From Spirogloea muscicola (taxonomy: Eukaryota), in NCBI GenBank assembly GCA_009602725.1, contig WELB01000006.1, positions 1,467,552 to 1,524,404 of the forward strand: a stretch of 56,853 bases of DNA, written 5' to 3'. The notes below the pieces were generated by a model. The model was not told the origin of the DNA. It was given only the letters and a program-made list of their open reading frames with translations, and ran no database searches. Positions 50,036 to 56,853 of the stretch are shown in pieces; positions within the stretch are counted from its first letter, which is position 1, and each line of letters begins with the position of its first letter. The position numbers and the translations under genes were made by a program.

Positions 50036-50893
50036 NNNNNNNNNNNNNNNNNNNNNNNNNNNNNNNNNNNNNNNNNNNNNNNNNNNNNNNNNNNNNNNNN
50101 NNNNNNNNNNNNNNNNNNNNNNNNNNNNNNNNNNNNNNNNNNNNNNNNNNNNNNNNNNNNNNNNNNNNNNNNNNNNNNNNNNNNNNNNNNNNNNNNNNNN
50201 NNNNNNNNNNNNNNNNNNNNNNNNNNNNNNNNNNNNNNNNNNNNNNNNNNNNNNNNNNNNNNNNNNNNNNNNNNNNNNNNNNNNNNNNNNNNNNNNNNNN
50301 NNNNNNNNNNNNNNNNNNNNNNNNNNNNNNNNNNNNNNNNNNNNNNNNNNNNNNNNNNNNNNNNNNNNNNNNNNNNNNNNNNNNNNNNNNNNNNNNNNNN
50401 NNNNNNNNNNNNNNNNNNNNNNNNNNNNNNNNNNNNNNNNNNNNNNNNNNNNNNNNNNNNNNNNNNNNNNNNNNNNNNNNNNNNNNNNNNNNNNNNNNNN
50501 NNNNNNNNNNNNNNNNNNNNNNNNNNNNNNNNNNNNNNNNNNNNNNNNNNNNNNNNNNNNNNNNNNNNNNNNNNNNNNNNNNNNNNNNNNNNNNNNNNNN
50601 NNNNNNNNNNNNNNNNNNNNNNNNNNNNNNNNNNNNNNNNNNNNNNNNNNNNNNNNNNNNNNNNNNNNNNNNNNNNNNNNNNNNNNNNNNNNNNNNNNNN
50701 NNNNNNNNNNNNNNNNNNNNNNNNNNNNNNNNNNNNNNNNNNNNNNNNNNNNNNNNNNNNNNNNNNNNNNNNNNNNNNNNNNNNNNNNNNNNNNNNNNNN
50801 NNNNNNNNNNNNNNNNNNNNNNNNNNNNNNNNNNNNNNNNNNNNNNNNNNNNNNNNNNNNNNNNNNNNNNNNNNNNNNNNNNNNNNNNNNNNN
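50036..50893. other. Assembly gap (858 N) containing both GT47 5' ends
   Basis: Run of N flanked by GCC-rich repeats. Confidence 1.
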
Positions 50894-52718
50894 GGCGCCG
50901 CCGGCGCCGCCGCCGCCGCCGGCGCCGAGGCCGGCGACGACCTCCGGCGCTTCGTGTACGTGTACGACGTGGGCACGGAGTGGACGCGCGACCTGCGGAC
51001 GCGCGGGCTGCCGCCGGCGTGGTACTCCCTGCAGTATGACGGCGAGAAGGTGCTGGCGGAGTTCCTGGCACGTTCCAATGCCGTGCGCACGACCGACCCC
51101 GCCGCCGCCGCGCTCTTCTTCGTGCCCTTCCACAGCGCATACTACACGCTGCAGCGCTTCCAGGACTGGCGCGTCAACATGCGCGGCGCCGTGGAGGCCA
51201 CGTCCGCCGCCTGGGCAACGCTGCTGATTGCAGTGCGCGCCCGCTGGCCGCACTTCAACGCCTCCAACGGCGCCGACCACTTTGGCCTGCTCACGCTGGA
51301 CCATGGGCGGTGCTCCGCGCTGGCCTTCGCCGACCCCGCCCTCGTCGGCGACATGTTCTTCCTGCAGCTCAACGGCGACAAGCTCGTGCGCGTGCACCAT
51401 GCCAGCGCCAACCGCAGCATGCAGGCCATCACGTACAACTGGGGCGCGCCGCCGGACCCCTCGCTGCCCGAGGGGCCGTGCTACCGCCCCGGCCGCGACA
51501 TCATCATCCCGCCTGTCGTGCCCGGCGGCGTGACGCGGCCGTGGCAGAGCCGGCGGCCCATCGTGGCGCTCTTCCGGTTCAGCCCCGGACAGCACCACGG
51601 CGTGCCCATCGCACACCACGGCCACCTCCCACGCAAGGAGCTCTACGACCTCTTCGCCAAGCGGTGCCCCTTTTCCCCGGCCTCCTCAGACTCCCACATT
51701 GGTTGTGCGCGGCACTGATCGTGCAGGGTTTAGGTTCTCAGGGTTTAGGGTATAGGGTTTTTGTTTAGGGGTTTAAGGTTTAGGGCAGCGATGGCCGCCG
51801 ATGAGTCGTCAGACCAGGCGGGCCTCGCTGGCCCAAGATGGCGTCTGACAATCAGGGTGGGTCACACCTTAGAGCTCAGTGGTCGGGCATTAGGGCTTTC
51901 ATGTTACCAAGAGATTGCGGGCTCTGGCTATGAAGTCGGGGCACAGCAGCGAGCAGCAAACGAAAACCCAGCTGCCTCAACACCATCCGTCCTGCACTTG
52001 CGGGCACAGGCGCATCTGGGGCTGGAGCTTTGACGCGAAGAGCGAGGAGCGGAGCAGCAGAGAATGGCAAAAAGCCATCTTCTGTGTGGCGCCCCCTGGC
52101 CACTCCCAGTGGACCAGCCGCCCATTCAAGGTGCATACCGGAGTTCCTCCAACTGTCACAGTCACAATTTCTATTGTGGCGCCGTGCTTTGTGCTAGCAA
52201 CCCATCTGCAAAATGTGCCGCTGACCGTCGGCTGCACTTGGGGCCGCGGCTGCAGGCCATTCTGGCAGGGTGCATCCCTGTGACTTTCTTCCGGGAGCAT
52301 GACAACCCGTGGCAGGACGAGCTGGACTATGCTAAGGTCAGCATCAACATCGATCCAGACCAGATTTTCACACTCAAGGACCGCCTGGACGCGATCCTCC
52401 GCAAACCCGCAGGCCTGCGAGCCATGCAGCGCAGCCTCGCTGCCATCCAGGTGAGCCCGCCTAGTCCTTCTCTGCAGGCCTAGCAGACCACAACGATACT
52501 CTGTGCTCAGTTGTCATGGTTCGCCAGGAGGACTAACACCCTTAAGTGGCCCCACCAACATGGCCAGGAGTATTTTGTGGGACGAGGAATGCCCACAGGG
52601 CGTGCAGATGCGGGTTGTGCAAGCGCTACGCCAGCGTGCCCGCCAGCTCCGCGGTGCCAAACTTGCCCAACAGGCGCTGCAGGAGTATTCACAGGATGAG
52701 GCCACTTCCTGGGCTTGA
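50894..52718 (+). CDS. Exostosin-family (GT47) glycosyltransferase paralog, 5' end in gap, possible frameshift in last exon
   Basis: FVYVYDV; RTTDPAAAALFFVPF; GADHF; DIIIP; FCVAPPG..AILAGCIPV; PWQDELDY. Introns at 51664-52009, about 52131-52255 and about 52451-52568. Confidence 0.87.
51725..51785 (+). repeat. Degenerate plant-type telomeric (TTTAGGG) tract in an intron
   Basis: agggtttagg..agggtttagggtataggg..tttaggggtttaaggtttaggg: about 6-7 imperfect units. Confidence 0.7.
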
Positions 52719-53425
52719 GCTGAGCTGCAGCAGTGTTTGCTGCAACTTCAGCATTGCGAAGCACACAGCTCAGGGTGACCGCCTGTAATTTGCCACTGAC
52801 TCTGTGGCAGCTCAGAGACCGGGGGTAGAGTTGCGGCGTAAAAAGCAACTGCCGATTTTGGAAGTTGTCATTCTGTGCACATCCACATATTGACTCACCA
52901 AAATGTTACTCAAGCGAGTCTTCTCGGAGGAACGAGCAGGGACTCTGGCGATTTGCGACAGAGGCTTGTGACATGTACTGGTACCGGTCACTGCTCATCA
53001 CAAAAGTGAAAGCCTTGGCACCACAGACTTTGAGAATCTGTGCACTGCACTCTCGCTTTGCGCATGACTTTGCAAAGTGTGTGACTTGCGGCTTCTGGGT
53101 GCTCGAGCATAGCAGGACACATCAATGTTCAATTGGGATTGAGACTGCGGACCACACATCGATGTTGTGGGGAGGCGAAGACTGCACTCGCAGATATGAC
53201 AGACCCTGCAGCCCATCACAAGCTAAGCCCTCTACAGCACGCAGCTCTTCCTGCGTGAGGCCCAGTGACTCCACAGTGGAGCTCGCGTATGAACTCGGAT
53301 TCGAAGGTAGACAGGTAAATTGTAGCAGGACGGCTCACTGGTCACTGGGCCAGCCCATGAGTTTCATTGTGGAACTTGCAATTCAAGTCGTTATATGATC
53401 GACTGCGTAACTGTAGCAGGACGGG

Positions 53426-56393
53426 TCACTGGTCACTCGAGTGGTGACTGTAGACCACAGAATTGTCGTTATGCGACAATAATTGCGATACACGGATGCT
53501 GTAGACCTGCAGCCCATCACTGGTGGTAACCAAGCCCTCCAGATCACGCTGCTCGCTCGCCGTGAGGCCCTCACTGGGCCAGCCCCGGACGTCAATGTGG
53601 AGCTCGCGTAAAAACTTGGGTAACGGATGCCGTAAGAGTGCCACAAAGTCTGGGAGCCCCCCCAGGCTGCAGATGCTGAGCGATGTCACGGTCGGCGGGA
53701 TGAATGAGAACAGGCCTTCAATAGTGGAAGGCTCATCGTCGTTGCTGCCGACAACAACATCAACTGCTCCGTTGTTTGAGTACAGGCACGGCCCGATGCT
53801 CAGCTTCTGCCAGCAGAGCACGCCAACACAATGGTCGTTGCGTGGATGGTCAGACACAATCTTACATGGATGTGTACCTGGGTGCTCGACATTTACAAAG
53901 GCTACCAGGAAACGAAGAGGACCCAAAGGTTTGAAAAGTACTTTGGTCAACGTTTTTATCACTGGCTTATTAACTTGGTTGCTGATGCTACAGAGTGGAC
54001 CTACCGAGTCATCAAGAGAGCTGGCCCACTCACCTGGAGCACCGGTAGGTGCAGCAAGAACATGCCAAATACACTGAGCCACATACCATTGTTCGACTTC
54101 ACCTGCCAACATTCAGCAGCACCGTAGCAGCCACTTCAGAATTATCTCGTCCTTGACCAGCCTCAAGGTACCGGGTCACACAAAGGCTGCTGTCAGCCTC
54201 CTTGGTGCTGATTGGTCCACAATCCTGGTAGCACTGCTCACCCTTGCCGCGTGCAGGGACTTGAACTTCTCCGCAACCTCAGCCATGTGCCAGCGTGGCG
54301 GCTCGTAGTCGGGCACGCTGAGGTCGAATTCAGCGCACTCGAGCTGGAGGGTTGGCAGGTGCCGCCAGCGCTCGATGCTGTCATGGAGGAGGGGTTGACA
54401 TAGCAATTGCGCGCCCACAGGAAGGGTCAGCCGAGCTTACTGCCAAGCAGCAGGAGGCCATATCAAAGGAGCGGGTTTAGCCCGTCGAGACGCCAGCAAA
54501 GGCTTTTGCAATCAAGCAAGTTATAATATGGATGACAGATTGTTGGGTCTCGACATCAACAGCAAGTATGGCTTACCTTCTTAAGCTAAAGGTAACCTGT
54601 TTATTGAAAGCCCGCAGTCGAGGGCACCGCTCTAAGAAGTCCAGCCCGACCTGAGGGAGAGATCATCAAGAAATGATGTCTCTCATTCTTGAACGCGGGC
54701 CAGCGTTGGTCAAGGCACATCATTGTCTGCTATGCACTCTGTCAGAAGAAGCGTCTTGGCAGCAGGCAGCAAGGCTTTGTTGACTGTACATCAAGGGTGC
54801 AAGCCTCGCCAGTACGGCGGTAACTTGTACGGTGAGTGTATTGCTGCAAATTTGGGCTGGATGAGCTCACGATGACGGCCTCCTGCATGCACGACATGAC
54901 TTTGTGACGCCAGATCTAGAGCAGCCAGCAGGAAACTTTTTTGCTGAGGAGAATATCATGGTCGTAGCGGGACTGCAGCTTCTTGATGCACATCTCCCTT
55001 AAAGAGGTACAAAGACAATGCAACATCGCTTTGGAGAATCCAAGACTCGCTGCAAGCCTCACATGGACGCCATTCTCCAGGGGCCACTCACGCACGCTGC
55101 CCTCGCAGTCCAGTGTCAGGCTCTCAAGCTGCGGCTGCAACATGTCGCGACCCATTCCTGCTGTTACTTAATACCACAGTCGATAAAGAGCATTGCAACT
55201 GGGTGCCGTGATCCCTGCAGGTCGTTGCATTGTCCATGTGTAGGGCCTGCGACAGGCATGCTTGCCAATGGACAAGGGTCGCTACCTGAGAGAGCAGCAT
55301 TTGCTCAAGGAAGTAGGCGTGGACAAGCACGTCCATGGGCCGCGGCACGCTCCGACCATACAGCAAGTTAACCAGGAGCTTCACTGACTGCAACAAAAGC
55401 ACTGTGCACGCTTAGAGCGCCACACTGCGGTTGGCAGCACAGAAAGCGACCATCCGCCCAAATCGATGAATGCAGCTCGAATTAAGATGCCAGCATTAAG
55501 CAGCTTGGGTGAGCAACTAGCGACCCCGCCAATTGCAGCTTCGGAAACGTGGGAGGTGCGCCAACCTGGTACTGGCTCAGAATGAGGATCCGGAAGCGGG
55601 CCAGCACGCGCGCCTCGAGCTGCTCGCTGCCATTACGCCGTGGGCAAAAAGTTGACGAGAAAGATTCAAAACAGGATTTAGTCAAGCACAGTCAGCCTAA
55701 GTTGCTGAAGACTGTGACCTGGCCGGCTGAAGTAGGCGCTGTTAAGCAGGGCGCAACCTGTGGGACATGTGAGAGGACAGAGGCGTGGTCGAGCCAGGCA
55801 CACCTGTAGCGCGGCATGCCCTTGCTGCGCGATATGGCCTCGGGGCACCAGAAGCTCTCGTAGCGGAACACACCGAGGCTGAAGGTCAGCATCCGGAGCT
55901 TCGCGCCGCTGCGAGTGGGAGATGGAGAGCACGGCGCTGGTCGTGGTTATAGCCACTCTCGACGGCACGGCGCCGACGGGATGCTGCGGAGACGGCGCCG
56001 CGCGTCACGCCGCGCGCACCTGAAGCGGCGGATGACCTGGTCGCAGAGCTGCGGCGACACCCAGCCGAAGGCCAGCATGTCGACGGCCGTGCAGGCGGCG
56101 TAGAAGTCCGGCGCCAACACCGCGAGCGCGCGGCTGGCGCAGGCGAGGCTCGGCAGGTCCTGCGCGGCGCGCGCATGTCGAGGAGCAGGCGATGAGCGTC
56201 CCACGGCGGATGCCGCATCATGCGAGGGCGAGCAAGCACTTCGGCGCGGCGTTGTGGCCAAGGCGAGGAGAGGCCAGACCTCGGCTGGCAGCAGCTGCGA
56301 TATCTTGACGAGCAGCGGCGCGGGCAGCTCGTCCAGCCGGACGCCGTGCGTGGCGGCGGCGGCGGCAGCGGCGGCGGAGGCCTCAGCCGCCAT
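53426..56393 (-). CDS. F-box protein with degenerate LRR-like C-terminal segments (multi-exon, possibly decayed)
   Basis: Spliced N-terminus LDELPAPLLVKISQLLPAE|DLPSLACASRAL fits the F-box consensus. Downstream LxxLxL segments (LESLTLDC, LPTLQLEC, VTSLSIC, LRELHID). The 3' end and internal exons are uncertain. Confidence 0.55.
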
Positions 56394-56696
56394 TGTGCCG
56401 CGCGACTGCTCCGGTCCCTCGTCTCGGCCCTGCCCAACGCTGCTGCCGCCACGAGCCGACGGCCACGCCACTGTGGCACCGTCACGCTGAAGTCACGCCA
56501 ATTCCTTATCAAGCGGAATCCGTCCAATTGCGGCGGCGGCGGCGGCGGCGGCGGCGGGGAATGCGGCGCGCTGCGCGGCGGCGGATGCGGCGTAGGACTG
56601 AGGTCGTTGGGTGAGGGGCCTAGTAAGCGACTGGACAGCCAGTGGGGAGGGAGGGGAATCGGGAGAGGCGCCGGTAAGGTGACTGTTGTGCCGAGG

Positions 56697-56853
56697 GAGA
56701 GAATGCGGCTGCTGATATTAAAGAATTGGCTGTGAATTGCCAGCCAGATGCATACAGGTGTTCATGACGGAGCCAAAGGCTAGGCGCGCAGGGCGCCCTC
56801 ACTACCCCGTCGCACCCTGGACATTGTGGGTGTACAACCTGGCGGAGGCCCAC
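56697..56853. mobile_element. Family C 3' end (-) joined to a family A internal fragment (+)
   Basis: 56697-56810 matches the family C UTR. 56807-56853 is identical to 28665-28711. The pieces overlap by CCGT. Confidence 0.8.

Noticed and set aside
48945..51625. Very long ORFs (632-884 aa) in the ORF track
   Set aside because: They read through 858 N and are artefacts of the gap.

Overview
GC-rich eukaryotic genomic DNA with GT-AG introns and a plant-type gene set. A streptophyte green alga is the likeliest source, but that is inference. Host genes in order: FMO1-like flavin monooxygenase (+), GH28 polygalacturonase (-), nucleolin (-), AVT1-type amino acid transporter (+, frameshifted), VPS15 (+, apparent 1-nt frameshift), ACBP4/5-like acyl-CoA-binding kelch protein (+), a head-to-head pair of GT47/exostosin glycosyltransferases across an assembly gap, and an F-box protein (-). 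Intergenic DNA is dominated by at least 6 related families of CRE-like non-LTR retrotransposons with a restriction-like endonuclease (RLE). They occur as one 1.7-kb 5'-truncated copy, two nests (1-6.3 kb and 38.6-42.3 kb) and many 25-90 bp 3'-tip-only insertions with target-site duplications (TSDs). The families share a C-terminal peptide (SDLxLL[T/S]R[G/N]Y-stop), a co-varying 3' stem-loop before a pyrimidine tail, and an apparent preference for inserting just 5' of CCT. This is the most notable candidate system in the window. Family letters (A-G, T) are my own working labels, and all gene models were built by eye.
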